A DNA stretch of 64,000 nucleotides from an uncultured Candidatus Rokubacteria bacterium. Its GTDB lineage: Bacteria; Methylomirabilota; Methylomirabilia; Rokubacteriales; CSP1-6. Made by a program: the position numbers and the translations under genes. The DNA lies in contig CAVWFS010000019.1 of NCBI GenBank assembly GCA_963754315.1, forward strand, positions 861,745 to 925,744, read 5' to 3'. Of this stretch, positions 38,612 to 48,878 are shown one piece after another; within the stretch, counting starts at the first letter, position 1, and each line of letters begins with the position of its first letter. The notes beneath the pieces are model-generated. The model had not been told where the DNA came from and made no database searches. It saw only the letters and a list, made by a program, of their open reading frames with translations.

Positions 38612-41600
38612 TCACTCGAGTGCCGCCTCTGCCCGCTCCCGCCAGAAGCTCATGTCCATCTCGCGGTACATGGTCGCTGCGCTCACGAGCTGCTCTGCGG
38701 CCATCGCCTGATTCCCGACCGCGCTGCCGAGCTGGCCAAGGCTCAGGTGGCAGTGGGCCTCAAGCGGGCGCATGCCCAGCTCTTTGGCCTGGGTAAGAGC
38801 CTCCCGGTAGTGGGCTTCGGCGCGCTCGCGCTCCGGGGGATGCTGATGGGCGGCGATATCACCGACCAGGCGCAGGGCACACGCGTGATTGCCACGTTCC
38901 CCGTGCTCGCTGGTGAGGGCCAGCACATGCCCGACCGAGGCCTGAGCCTCTTCCAAACAGCCGGCCAGCATCTGAGCCTCCCCCAGCGAAAGGCCGCAGA
39001 TGGTTCGGAACACGACAGTCTCCATGACAGTGGTGTGTTCTAAGGCTCGCGTGAGTAGCGCCACCGCGTCAGCGGTGCGACCGTGCAAAGCATATGCTGC
39101 CCCCAACGCCGGCGCCACCATGGGGAACCAGAGTGGGAGGTCCGCCTCGTAACAAATAGCGAGGGCCCGTTCGAGCAAGCGGAGCGCCCTAGGCACGTCG
39201 CCTTGGCCGAGGGACAGCCGACCGCTCCCCCACAAGGCAACCATGAGGCTCGAGGGATGCGCCACTGCCTCGGCAATCTGGAGCCCCTCTTGCGCAAGGG
39301 GGATGCCGGACGCGAACGTGCCCAGCTCGGCATGGCCCCAGGCACTCCAGGCGCGAGCGGTCACGGCAGGTAGATTGACCTGGCCAAAACGTTCGTGGCG
39401 CTGACCCCAGTCGATCGACGATGCTGTTCGCCCGAAGCAATTGATTGCCTGACAATAGTTGCCCTTGGCATGGTAAGCGAAGCCCAGATTGAGATTCGCG
39501 AGTGCGTCCTGAATAGTTTCGCCGCTGGCCGTGGCCAGCGCGAGAGCGCGGTGCCCGGTGGCGATCGCTTGATCATGCGCACCCATGAACCAAAAATGGA
39601 GTGACAGCAGGCGCGAGATCTGTCCCAGCCGACGCTGATCGTCGAGGGCACTGGCCAGGGACTCGGCCTCGCGCAGACACGCCAGCATGCGTCCAAAGTT
39701 GCCAGAGGGAAGGAGTGCCGCCCGAAGGGCGAACCGTAGGTCGATAGCCTGCTCGCGCGTGTCGCGCCGCTCGGGCAGGTGCTCGAGAGCGCCGAGTGCT
39801 TCATCGAAGTACCCCACGGCTTGTCTATGCGCTGACCGCGTCGCCGCCTTGGTTCCGGCCTGATGACAGTATTGCAGCGCCTTCTCCCACACCTCGCCCC
39901 GAATGGCGTGGTATGCGAGCTGTTCCACCTGGGCGCCGAGATAGTCGGGAGTGGTCTGTTCGACTGTCTCCACGATTCGCGCGTGCAATACCCGACGACG
40001 ATCGTGAAGGAGACTGCCATAGGCCACGTCGTGGGTGAGCGCGTGCTTGAACGTGTAAGCGATTTCCGGGAAGAGGCTAACTTCGTAGAGGAACTCGGAG
40101 GTCTGGAGATGGGCGAGCGCCCCCCGCAGGATTCCCTCCGAAAGCTCGGTAATAGCCTGCAGAAGCACCAAGGTGACGTCACGACCGATGACGGCCGCCG
40201 TTTGCAAGAGGGTCTTCTCTTCCGCCGGAAGGCGGTCCATCCTGGCGGCGAGGACTGCCTGGACAGTTGCCGGCACTGGCAGGGTCGGGAGCGCTTGCAC
40301 GAGGCGATAGGCCCCTGGCTCTCCCAGCACAATCTGACTCTCGACCAGGGTCCGGACACTCTCCTCGAGGAAGAACGGGTTCCCTTCAGTACGCTCGATT
40401 AGCGCTCGCGTGAGCGGCTCGAGGGTCGCATCATCTCCCAGGAGGGATCGGAGGAGCCCCTCGGCACGAGCGGGCGGTAATGGGTCGATCCGCATCTGAG
40501 TATAGTGGGGTTTCCCCCCCCCCCATTGGTGCTGATACTCAGGGCGGTAGTTGACGAGGAGGAGGATACGCGCAGTTCGGAGGCTGGCTACGAAACCATC
40601 TAGGAACGCTTGCGTCTCCGTATCGATCCAGTGGAGGTTTTCACAGACCAGCAGCACGGGCTGAACCTGACTCTCACACAGTAAAAGGCGCTTGAGGGCG
40701 TCCAGCGTTCGCTGCCGGCGTTGGGGGGGATCAAGCGCCAGCCACGCGCGGTCGCTCACGGGCACATCCAATAGCGCCAGCACGGCCGGCAAGGTCGATT
40801 CGAGGGCTGGATCGAGCCTACGCAGCCTGGCGGTGACCTCCTCGCGAATCCACGCTTCGTCGCTTCGTGGCTCAAGGTCAAAGTAGGCTCTCAGAAGATC
40901 CCGAAGGGGATAATAGGGCGTCGCCGTTCCGTAGGAAACCGCCTCGCCTTCCAGCAGCAGCCAGCCCCGCGCTGATGGGGAACTGAGAAACTCAGAAAAG
41001 AGGCGCGTCTTCCCTACCCCAGGTTCACCGATGACCGCGACCACTTGGCCGGCGCCCCCCGCCGCAAGCCCGAGGGCTCGGCCGAGAAGCTCGAGCTCTG
41101 GCTGACGCCCCACAAAACGGGTGAGTCCGCGGGCGGCGAACACCTGGAGACGGGCGCGGGGCTGTCCAGCGCCCACTAACTCAAAGATCTCTAGGGGACG
41201 CGCCAGCCCCTTGACAGAGGTTCGCCCGAGCGGTTTGACCTGGATAACCCCTTCGGCCAGCCGGAGCGTGTCCGCCGTCAACAGAATGCTCCCCGCCGGT
41301 GCGAGCTGTTCCATGCGCGCCGCTAGATGCGTGGTCTGTCCGATGGCCGAGTAGTCCATATGAAGATCGCTGCGGATGGCCCGGACGACGACTTCACCCG
41401 AATTGAGACCCACCCGGATCTGGATCTCGACACCGTGCTTGCGGCGGACCTGGTCCGCGTAATTCTTGATCACCTCTTGCATAGCCAGGGCGGCATAGCA
41501 AGCGCGCACGGCATGATCCTCGTGCGCCAGCGGGGCGCCGAAGAGAGCCATGACCCCGTCGCCCATTACTTGGTTGACGGTGCCTTCGTACCGGTGGACG

Positions 41601-41971
41601 GCCGCCATCATCCGTTCCACCACCGGATCGAGCAGTTTCCGTGCCTCCTCGGGATCGCGGTCGGAGAGGAGCTCCAGGGAGTTCTTGAGGTCAGCGAAGA
41701 GAACAGTAACCTGTTTGCGCTCGCCTTCCAGGGCCGCCTTCGAAAAGATGATCCTCTCGGCAAGGTACTTGGGAGTGTAAGACTCTGGAGAAACGCTTGG
41801 AGATCCGTCTGGATGAGCAGGGATCAAGGGCTGCCCACATCCACCGCAGAACCTCTCGCCCGGCTCATTCGAGAATCCACAACCCTGACACGGCAGAGTC
41901 AACATCGCGCCGCATTCGGAGCAGAAGCGACGGCCTATACGATTCGGATGCTGACACCGAGGGCACTGCAT
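38612..41971 (-). CDS. Class III adenylate/guanylate cyclase with double zinc ribbon, AAA ATPase and TPR domains
   Basis: MQCPRC..FCSECG..FCGGCG, ERKQVTVLFAD, GDGVMALFGAP, GEPGVGKTRL, TEGNPFFLEE, FKHALTHDVAY, TPR-like C-terminus. Confidence 0.93.
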   Translation of the reverse strand: MQCPRCQHPNRIGRRFCSECGAMLTLPCQGCGFSNEPGERFCGGCGQPLIPAHPDGSPSVSPESYTPKYLAERIIFSKAALEGERKQVTVLFADLKNSLELLSDRDPEEARKLLDPVVERMMAAVHRYEGTVNQVMGDGVMALFGAPLAHEDHAVRACYAALAMQEVIKNYADQVRRKHGVEIQIRVGLNSGEVVVRAIRSDLHMDYSAIGQTTHLAARMEQLAPAGSILLTADTLRLAEGVIQVKPLGRTSVKGLARPLEIFELVGAGQPRARLQVFAARGLTRFVGRQPELELLGRALGLAAGGAGQVVAVIGEPGVGKTRLFSEFLSSPSARGWLLLEGEAVSYGTATPYYPLRDLLRAYFDLEPRSDEAWIREEVTARLRRLDPALESTLPAVLALLDVPVSDRAWLALDPPQRRQRTLDALKRLLLCESQVQPVLLVCENLHWIDTETQAFLDGFVASLRTARILLLVNYRPEYQHQWGGGKPHYTQMRIDPLPPARAEGLLRSLLGDDATLEPLTRALIERTEGNPFFLEESVRTLVESQIVLGEPGAYRLVQALPTLPVPATVQAVLAARMDRLPAEEKTLLQTAAVIGRDVTLVLLQAITELSEGILRGALAHLQTSEFLYEVSLFPEIAYTFKHALTHDVAYGSLLHDRRRVLHARIVETVEQTTPDYLGAQVEQLAYHAIRGEVWEKALQYCHQAGTKAATRSAHRQAVGYFDEALGALEHLPERRDTREQAIDLRFALRAALLPSGNFGRMLACLREAESLASALDDQRRLGQISRLLSLHFWFMGAHDQAIATGHRALALATASGETIQDALANLNLGFAYHAKGNYCQAINCFGRTASSIDWGQRHERFGQVNLPAVTARAWSAWGHAELGTFASGIPLAQEGLQIAEAVAHPSSLMVALWGSGRLSLGQGDVPRALRLLERALAICYEADLPLWFPMVAPALGAAYALHGRTADAVALLTRALEHTTVMETVVFRTICGLSLGEAQMLAGCLEEAQASVGHVLALTSEHGERGNHACALRLVGDIAAHQHPPERERAEAHYREALTQAKELGMRPLEAHCHLSLGQLGSAVGNQAMAAEQLVSAATMYREMDMSFWRERAEAALE

Positions 41972-42054
41972 CTGGGAGGCATCCTCCGTGCGGGGCGGCG
42001 TCTCCGCTCTGCCGGTTACCCTACTCCGGCGGCCGCGGATGGGAAACGGCCCGC

Positions 42055-42180
42055 ATCGACTCAAAATTTTGGTTACCTAGGGCGACCGCCTAGATCAGAA
42101 GTCGCGGGTACCAAGCTATCAGAGGAGGGTACGGTGACGCGAGCGAGTGTGCGCGAGTATGCCGCCAGACAGCGGGAGGG
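42055..42180 (+). mobile_element. Possible transposon left-end remnant with first codons of an integrase-type transposase
   Basis: TCGACTCAAAATTTTGGTTACC end-like motif, GAGGAGG RBS and VTRASVREYAARQRE, which resembles transposase N-termini from memory; the similarity then stops. Confidence 0.3.
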
Positions 42181-42282
42181 GTCTTGCCGCCGGCCTGAAC
42201 GGCTCGCAGCCAGCACACGCACTGGGCTCATGGTACCGGCGGCCAATCAACCGCGCCGTCCGACCCACCCCCTGTTGACCGA

Positions 42283-43194
42283 TCAGCGGATGTACGCCTG
42301 CTTCTTCTCGCTCCGCGCGCTGGCCTTGGCGGTCGCGTGATCGACGGCCGCCATCAGATGCTCGCCCCAGCGGCCCGGATGTATCGTGCGTGGTAGTTCG
42401 CGCGCAAAAAATTCCCTGGGCAGGATGCGCAAGGCGTAGAGCTTCTCTTTGGACTTACTGGGAACGAGCATGAGTCCACGAAAATTCTTCCACCACCAGC
42501 TCGTTCCCTCCACCCCGGGGTAGATCGGGATGGCGAATCCCCGATGCTTCATGTTGAACGCGATCGTGATCCGTTGCCGCTCTCCCCGATACGGCTCCAC
42601 ATAATGATAGAGCGTGCTCGGGAATAGTACCATCAGCCCCGACTGCGGCGTGATCGTAACCTCCCGCTCGAAAGGATCGGGATTGTGCAAAACCTCCTTC
42701 GGCGCCCCGCTGCGATCCTGGAACTTCGTGTACCCGGACACCGCGCCGCCCCCGCCTTCTGCGCCTCCCGGATCAACATAATAGAACGACGACCAGATGG
42801 TCCCATACCCATAGTGATCGTGCGCGGTGTTGAAAGCACCCCTTCGATTCACGTTCGCCCACGCGATCATTTCCCAGTCGTCAAGATGCGCGTCGGTCGG
42901 ATCCATCACCGTTCGCCGCACGACTTCGCGGACGAGGGCATGGGACCGCGCAACGAAGGTCTGCACACACGCCTCCGGCCACGTGTGCAGGTCGGGCTTT
43001 GACTGCCAGCCACCTCGGTTAGTCTTCACCACCCCTGGTGACTCTTCCATCTTCCGCAGGATGACCTGCCTCAGTTCGCGATTGAGCACCTCTCCGTCCG
43101 GCCATAGGAACTTGCATACCGGACTGGAGAAGAGCTGCACCACTTCGGCTTTGGCCACCTGGCACTCGAGACTGGCGCTTGCCATCTTACTCAT
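42283..43194 (-). CDS. 2OG-Fe(II) oxygenase (TIGR02466-like)
   Basis: LFSSPV, TNRGGWQS, WANVNRRG..N..HDH, WSSFYYV, LFPSTLYHYVEP, RITIAFN. Confidence 0.85.
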   Translation of the reverse strand: MSKMASASLECQVAKAEVVQLFSSPVCKFLWPDGEVLNRELRQVILRKMEESPGVVKTNRGGWQSKPDLHTWPEACVQTFVARSHALVREVVRRTVMDPTDAHLDDWEMIAWANVNRRGAFNTAHDHYGYGTIWSSFYYVDPGGAEGGGGAVSGYTKFQDRSGAPKEVLHNPDPFEREVTITPQSGLMVLFPSTLYHYVEPYRGERQRITIAFNMKHRGFAIPIYPGVEGTSWWWKNFRGLMLVPSKSKEKLYALRILPREFFARELPRTIHPGRWGEHLMAAVDHATAKASARSEKKQAYIR

Positions 43195-43263
43195 GCTCCA
43201 CCTCCGACGAAGACGACGCCCTACCAACCATGGTCCTCCACGGCCCACGCTCGGCGCTCACCA

Positions 43264-44568
43264 CTAGCGCCGACCACCCCGCTCCGCGGGTTTCGCGGGC
43301 CCCGACCGCACCACCTGTCGACACACGTCGGCGAACACGGCCGCCGCCCCTTCCCAGCCGCAGTCCCGTTCCACAAACTCACGGCTCGCTGCCTGCAGAC
43401 GCCTTCGGGCCTTCTCATCGCCCAGCAGTCCGACCACGGCCTCCGCAAATCCTTCCGCCCCATCGGCCAGAACCACGTTCTCGCCATGAGTCACCGGTAG
43501 TCCTTCCGCCCCGATCCGGGTGGAAACCACCGGCTTCCCCATGGCCATCGCCTCGTAGAACTTGATCCGCGTCCCGCCGCCGATCCGCAGAGGAATAATG
43601 TAGACCGCGTGTCGCGCGATGTACGGCCTGACATCATCCACCCGCCCGACCACTCTTATCTCCGGATAACTCGCCAAAAGATCGAGCAGCCTGCGAGATG
43701 GCTTCCGGCCCACGATGCTGACGCTCACGTTGGGGATCTTCACCTTGATCTTCCCGAGGATCTCCTGGGCAAAGAAGATCAGTGCGTCCTCGTTAGGCAG
43801 CCAATCCATCGATCCCGTGAAGACAAGGCTGTTCGGGATCTCGGGCCCGGGCCAAGGCCGAAAGTACTCAGTATCAACTCCCGTGGGAATCGAATGTACG
43901 TGACGGAGCCCGAACTCGCGTTCCATCAGCCTTTTGTCAACGTCTGACACGGCAATGACAGCATCGAACCGGCGACATGCCAGGCGCTCGTACCTATACA
44001 TCTTCCTCCATTGACTCCTCCAAAACAGCTTCATGACCGGGCTTCGGGCCGTCCCCAGGTGACGCTCCAAGATCACCGATTCCACATTGTGCTGAAACAG
44101 AATCGTGGGGTATCCCTTCACTCGCCTGAAGTTCAGGCTGGGCTGTAAGAAATCGCAGACGAGTACGTCATAGTGCTTCTGCGCCAGCTCCGCCAACAGC
44201 GCGCTCTCCAGCGCCGGCGAATAGTCGTTGAGGACCGCGATCGGGTAGCGAGACCACAGTCGGCGGGCGATCCGCCCATAGAAGGCGACCGAGTTCTTTA
44301 CCACTTCCCTCCACGGAACGGGAATGAACTTCGCGCAGATCCTTCCTGCGTGCTCCAGGTACGGATCGTCGGTCGGATGCTCCACGTTTGCGATGAATGT
44401 CACGGCAAACACCTTCCCCAACTCCTCGAGCAACTTACCCGTCCGGATCTTGCCTCCGGCATCCATTGGGTAGGGAAATCGCTGGGCAAAAAAGAGCATC
44501 CGAAGCCGCTGATCACGAGCTGGCGCCATCATCGCGACCGTTCCACGTCCCTTGTCTTGCTCGCTCAC
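43264..44568 (-). CDS. Glycosyltransferase family 4
   Basis: FPYPMDAGGKIRT, FQHNVES, FTGSMDWLPNED, IGGGTRIKFYEAMAMG. Confidence 0.9.
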   Translation of the reverse strand: MSEQDKGRGTVAMMAPARDQRLRMLFFAQRFPYPMDAGGKIRTGKLLEELGKVFAVTFIANVEHPTDDPYLEHAGRICAKFIPVPWREVVKNSVAFYGRIARRLWSRYPIAVLNDYSPALESALLAELAQKHYDVLVCDFLQPSLNFRRVKGYPTILFQHNVESVILERHLGTARSPVMKLFWRSQWRKMYRYERLACRRFDAVIAVSDVDKRLMEREFGLRHVHSIPTGVDTEYFRPWPGPEIPNSLVFTGSMDWLPNEDALIFFAQEILGKIKVKIPNVSVSIVGRKPSRRLLDLLASYPEIRVVGRVDDVRPYIARHAVYIIPLRIGGGTRIKFYEAMAMGKPVVSTRIGAEGLPVTHGENVVLADGAEGFAEAVVGLLGDEKARRRLQAASREFVERDCGWEGAAAVFADVCRQVVRSGPAKPAERGGRR

Positions 44569-45933
44569 CGCGACTCTACCGCACCGTCGCCGACGCGTCT
44601 CACTACGTATCGATACTTGCCGCTTCGCTCAGGTGCAATGGCCCGCACCCGGTCCACTACCATCGCCACGCTCGAGCCTAGATGATGACGAAACACCCGC
44701 ATGATCCTATCCACTTCGCGCGTTTCGTCAAATTCGGGGCCTACAACCAGCTGGAGGCGCACGAATGTCCTGGATTCTTGGATAATCTTGAACTGCTCAA
44801 CACCCGGTGTATCGCGCAAGTGCACGGCAAACGCGACGTCGTGCACCTTGCCACCGTGTTCGCTCAGCAGGAAGTCGTTCGTCCGTCCCATCACTGCCTC
44901 CAGCAGAGGCAGCCCACGCCCGCACGAGCATTCGCGGTTCGACAGCACCGCCACGTCGCCGTTCGCATAACGCACGAATGGAAACTCGTGTGAAAACAAG
45001 TTTGTTACTACGACTTCACCCGGCACGCCATAGCCCGCCGGCCCGCCATCGGGGGCGACCGTTTCAACGATCACGTCTTCGGCGGTAATATGCATACCAC
45101 CGCTTGGACACTCGTGAGCCAAAAACCCTGCGTCGCGCCCGCCGTACCCATCGGCGACAGCACAGCCGAACGCGCGCGCGATCGCGGCCCGCTGGTGCGG
45201 ATACACCTTCTCCGCGGTCACGAAGGCGACCCGGTACCGAGATGGTTCATCCTGATACCACGCTCTATGGCGCGCTGCGCGATCAGGCTCAGCGACGAAG
45301 GATACCCGAACAGCATCACCGGTCGAAAGGCCCGAATCTCGTGGAGGATGTCGTCGAGTCGCTGAGCCGACAACGACACGGCCGGACCAGTCGTGTCCGC
45401 AACACCAAGTCTCGTAGCCGCCGCATCCGATCCTGCGCGCTCAGCTCGATCGGTGAACTCCATGCCACGACCTCGCGATCACCGATGTCAACGCTCCACC
45501 AACGCGTCGCGCGCCACTTCGCCGCCACCTCTCGCGTCAGCCGCCGCTTGCCAATGAGGAAGCGCAATGGATCGCCGCTGGAGCCAGTCGTCGAAAACAT
45601 CTTCATGTCAGCTGCCTCGTCCGCGCGCAACCTCCCCATGTTGGCCCTCATCGTTGCCTTATCCAGCACCGGCAACCGAGCCAGATCCCTCAGGGATCCC
45701 AACGTTGTCGGTTCGAAATCCAACCGCTTAAAAAGGTCGCGGTAGTAGGGCACGTGGGCCCCCGCGTACCGCAACAGGGCGCCCAACCGGTCGATCTGCA
45801 GCCGCTCGAGTTCCTCACGGCCAAGCCACTGGCTCCGTTCCAGTTCATGTCGAGCCGCCACCGTCCCATGGCCTTTCAGCCATTCATGGGCCGGAAAAAA
45901 GAGATTGGTACAGGCCTTGGCATACACGTTCAC
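44565..45933 (-). CDS. Phenylacetate-CoA ligase / CapK-like adenylate-forming enzyme; frameshifted
   Basis: Fragments HVPYYRDLF, TTGSSGDP, FGYPSS, TAE..YGGRD, VVTNLF..PFVRY..GD, GRTND, SGKYRYV across three ORFs. GTG start overlaps the upstream stop. Confidence 0.85.
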
Positions 45934-47036
45934 AGGACCGACTCCATCGTCTGTTTCGCTTTGGCAATCGCCAGATACTCGGCCAACCATTGTTGCCGCA
46001 GCCTGGGCCAGCCGTATCGCCCGGCCTCTTCTTGACCGGCCACCGCCAGACGGTCCGCGAGCTCCTGATCGCTCAAAAGACGAAGCACGGCCTCCGCCAT
46101 CGCGGTGGAATCACCAGGTGCTACCAGGAGGGCCGTGCGTCCGTTCTCGGCAATGTGCGGCACTCCTCCCACGTCAGTGGAGACGACCGGAACCCCACTG
46201 GCGAACGCCTCGAGAATCGAGATCGGCATGTTGTCGACACGGCTCGGATTCAGGGCGACCGTCGCCTTTTCATACAACTCCGGCATCGCGGCATTGTCGA
46301 CACGTCCAGCAAAGCTGACCGCTTCGGCAACGCCGAGCGCCTCCGCGAGTCTTCGTAGACGTGCCAGTTCCGGTCCGGACCCAGCCACGGTTAGGGTCGC
46401 TTTCGGGAATTGCGTCTGGACATCCTTAAACGCGCGCACCGCGGTGGCGATATCATAGATCGCCTCCAGATTCCGGGCGACCAGGATATTAGGGGTCTGG
46501 GCCCCTCGCCGGGAGGCAGTCGCGCGGAAGCGTTCTACGTCGACAATGTTGGGGATAACTCGAGGTTCAAAACCCAGGTCGCTAAAGACCTTCTGTAAGA
46601 ACCTCGAAGGCGTGATCAATGCATCGGCGGCGGCCAGCGTGCGATGCACCAAGCGTGGCGCTCGACTGAAAAAGCTCTCGGCGCCACCGCCCCGATAGTT
46701 GACAATCACCGGGACGCTGCGCAGCTTGGCGACCCAGATAGCCGGCGCGGCGAACATGTGCCAGGACCAACCCGAGTTTGCCATGACATGGAGCACGTCG
46801 GCCTTGCCCGTCGCACGCCACGCGGTAACAAGGTAGGGCACGAGGCGAAAGACCGCGCGCAAGCCGCGCAACCATCCGACCCAGGCCGGTCGGTACGGTC
46901 GGTTGGTCTGTACGAGCATCACGGTGGCGCCTTCCACGCGCAAGAGTTCAGCGAGATCGCGGGTCTGATTTGCCATGCCGCCCCATGGAGGAGGCAGGGG
47001 TCCCACCAGTCCAATATGGAGGCCCCGCCAACTCAT
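45930..47036 (-). CDS. Glycosyltransferase family 4
   Basis: VGPLPPPWGGMANQ, MANSGWSW, ARNLEAIY, DNMPISILEAFASG. Confidence 0.9.
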   Translation of the reverse strand: MSWRGLHIGLVGPLPPPWGGMANQTRDLAELLRVEGATVMLVQTNRPYRPAWVGWLRGLRAVFRLVPYLVTAWRATGKADVLHVMANSGWSWHMFAAPAIWVAKLRSVPVIVNYRGGGAESFFSRAPRLVHRTLAAADALITPSRFLQKVFSDLGFEPRVIPNIVDVERFRATASRRGAQTPNILVARNLEAIYDIATAVRAFKDVQTQFPKATLTVAGSGPELARLRRLAEALGVAEAVSFAGRVDNAAMPELYEKATVALNPSRVDNMPISILEAFASGVPVVSTDVGGVPHIAENGRTALLVAPGDSTAMAEAVLRLLSDQELADRLAVAGQEEAGRYGWPRLRQQWLAEYLAIAKAKQTMESVL

Positions 47037-47060
47037 GGCTTCTCGAGTCTGGCCAGGCAT

Positions 47061-47846
47061 TTACCGGCGCTCATAGACGCCGAGCAGACACTTCTCGGGA
47101 TAGGTCAGCCCGATCCAATTCAGGGTGCGACGGCCGAGGAGTTCAATCCTCAGCGTCGTTGCGAACCGACCGAAGGCGCGGCAGTCCTCGAGCGCGCTGA
47201 AGTATCGTTCCCGGAATCCAGCCTGTTCAAAAAGGCCGGCCAGTCGCCTCCGCGTGTTCATTTTATAGGCCACCGGAAAAGTGTCACGTTCGTGTGTTTC
47301 CCATAACCAGCGCTTGGCGAGGTGATGGAGGGCGAAGGGCATGAGCTTGGTGATGACAGGCACCGGCGACCATCGGTTCACGGTATAGATGACGATCTGC
47401 GCTCCGGGGCGGGTCATCCGGGCGATGGTCGACACGCTCTGCTCTGGACAAGCTATGTGTTCGGCAACCATCCGGAGGGTGACGATGTCAAAGGTCCGAT
47501 CCAGCGGCACGTCCTCGATCGAACACTGGAATCGCTCGTGAAGAAATGGATTCTCTTTGATGGTTTCGGCCGGATCCACTCCGACGAGGAGTCCACAGCG
47601 AGCTACCAGCGTCTCCGTCAAACGCGGATTCGCGATGAAGACATTCCGGCCACAACCGACGTCAAGCCACCTACAGCCCGGAGTAACGAGCTTCGCCACC
47701 ACGGTCTCGTAGTATTCATCGGGGGTGAAGTAATCGAAGCGGCGCCGGAGCCGCGGTGACCATCCTGGGGGCGCGAGATCTCCGTAACGCATACGGAAGG
47801 TCTCCAGGAGTTCAGCCTGACTGGGATGGAGATCGCCATGGTTCAC
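47061..47846 (-). CDS. Class I SAM-dependent methyltransferase
   Basis: WLDVGCGRN, FDIVTLRMVAEHI, DTFPVAYKMNT. Start uncertain. Confidence 0.8.
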   Translation of the reverse strand: MNHGDLHPSQAELLETFRMRYGDLAPPGWSPRLRRRFDYFTPDEYYETVVAKLVTPGCRWLDVGCGRNVFIANPRLTETLVARCGLLVGVDPAETIKENPFLHERFQCSIEDVPLDRTFDIVTLRMVAEHIACPEQSVSTIARMTRPGAQIVIYTVNRWSPVPVITKLMPFALHHLAKRWLWETHERDTFPVAYKMNTRRRLAGLFEQAGFRERYFSALEDCRAFGRFATTLRIELLGRRTLNWIGLTYPEKCLLGVYERR

Positions 47847-47899
47847 GACACGTACTCCGCTGCCCAATCTCAATGGCACCGAGCGGAAGACATCATCGT

Positions 47900-48874
47900 C
47901 TATCTCCTCACCACCCAGGGCCACAACCCTGCCAGCTGGATGGCGAGAGCCAGTAGGAGACCGAAAAGCAACAGCGCCGCGACACGAAGCCGCGATCGAC
48001 TGTCGATCAGAGCGGTGACCGCGGGGCCGCTCTCGGGCGTTGGTAGAATCCGAATGCGCGCTCGAGCATCGAGCAGGGTGCTCACCGCTTCTCCGACCCC
48101 GCCACCTAGCCGACCTGCCCAGTGGACCACTGGATGAGCGTCGCCCGAGAGGACGGCGTTTCCCCAATACAGATACCACTGGCTGAGCCCGCGGCGATAG
48201 TACTCCAACGCCTTGTCTCGATGGACGAACCCGGGTCGGCCTGGCCCGTTCGCGCCCATCAGCATCGGTACGCGACGACCTTGCAGCGAATCACGCACTT
48301 CGAAGGCGCTGAGCGGCTCTCCGCTCTGCGGGTCCACGCCATGAAAGTTGTTGTAGACGTCGAGAAACAGCCACTTGTCCCGTCCTCGATCAAACACCTC
48401 AACAAACGTATGCCCGTGGCCGCCAAAGCCATCGAAAGAGAATGCCCATTGCCGCGCCACAATCCCCGCCGCGTGAGCAAGGGCCAGAAACACCTTTACG
48501 AAATCCCCGCAATAACCACGCCCTTGACGGATCCCGATGTAGGTGGTGCGCAGATCTGCCCGGATCGGGGTGCTGTCCCGGGCATGCTCGGCAAGGTGGG
48601 CGGCGAGGGTCTTCGCCTTGTCCCAGTCGCTGCTGATAGCTACTGGGATTAGCAGCTTAACCACTTCCGACAGCTCGGCCGGTGCCGGGCGACGCTCGAG
48701 TCTAAAGTCGGTGGGCACGTCAGCCGGCGTCCACGCAAAGTCACCGGGGCGGCTCGGCATCATGAGCAACGCGTTGCGCATCCGCACCGCCTTCGTCGAT
48801 GGGTGGGCCTGGGACAGAACCCATGCCGTGATGGCGACGAGGGCCAGCAGATTGAGGGCCACCCCGGTCGTCAC
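47900..48874 (-). CDS. Membrane-anchored transglutaminase-like domain protein
   Basis: GYCGDF (Cys), GHTFVEVF (His), WLFLDV (Asp); TM helices at both ends. Confidence 0.8.
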   Translation of the reverse strand: MTTGVALNLLALVAITAWVLSQAHPSTKAVRMRNALLMMPSRPGDFAWTPADVPTDFRLERRPAPAELSEVVKLLIPVAISSDWDKAKTLAAHLAEHARDSTPIRADLRTTYIGIRQGRGYCGDFVKVFLALAHAAGIVARQWAFSFDGFGGHGHTFVEVFDRGRDKWLFLDVYNNFHGVDPQSGEPLSAFEVRDSLQGRRVPMLMGANGPGRPGFVHRDKALEYYRRGLSQWYLYWGNAVLSGDAHPVVHWAGRLGGGVGEAVSTLLDARARIRILPTPESGPAVTALIDSRSRLRVAALLLFGLLLALAIQLAGLWPWVVRR

Positions 48875-48878
48875 GCTC

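Noticed and set aside
38612..41971. Cyclase-AAA-TPR gene as a specific regulator or defence component of the locus
   Set aside because: This architecture is a common multi-copy family in soil bacteria; nothing in the sequence links it to the EPS genes beyond position.
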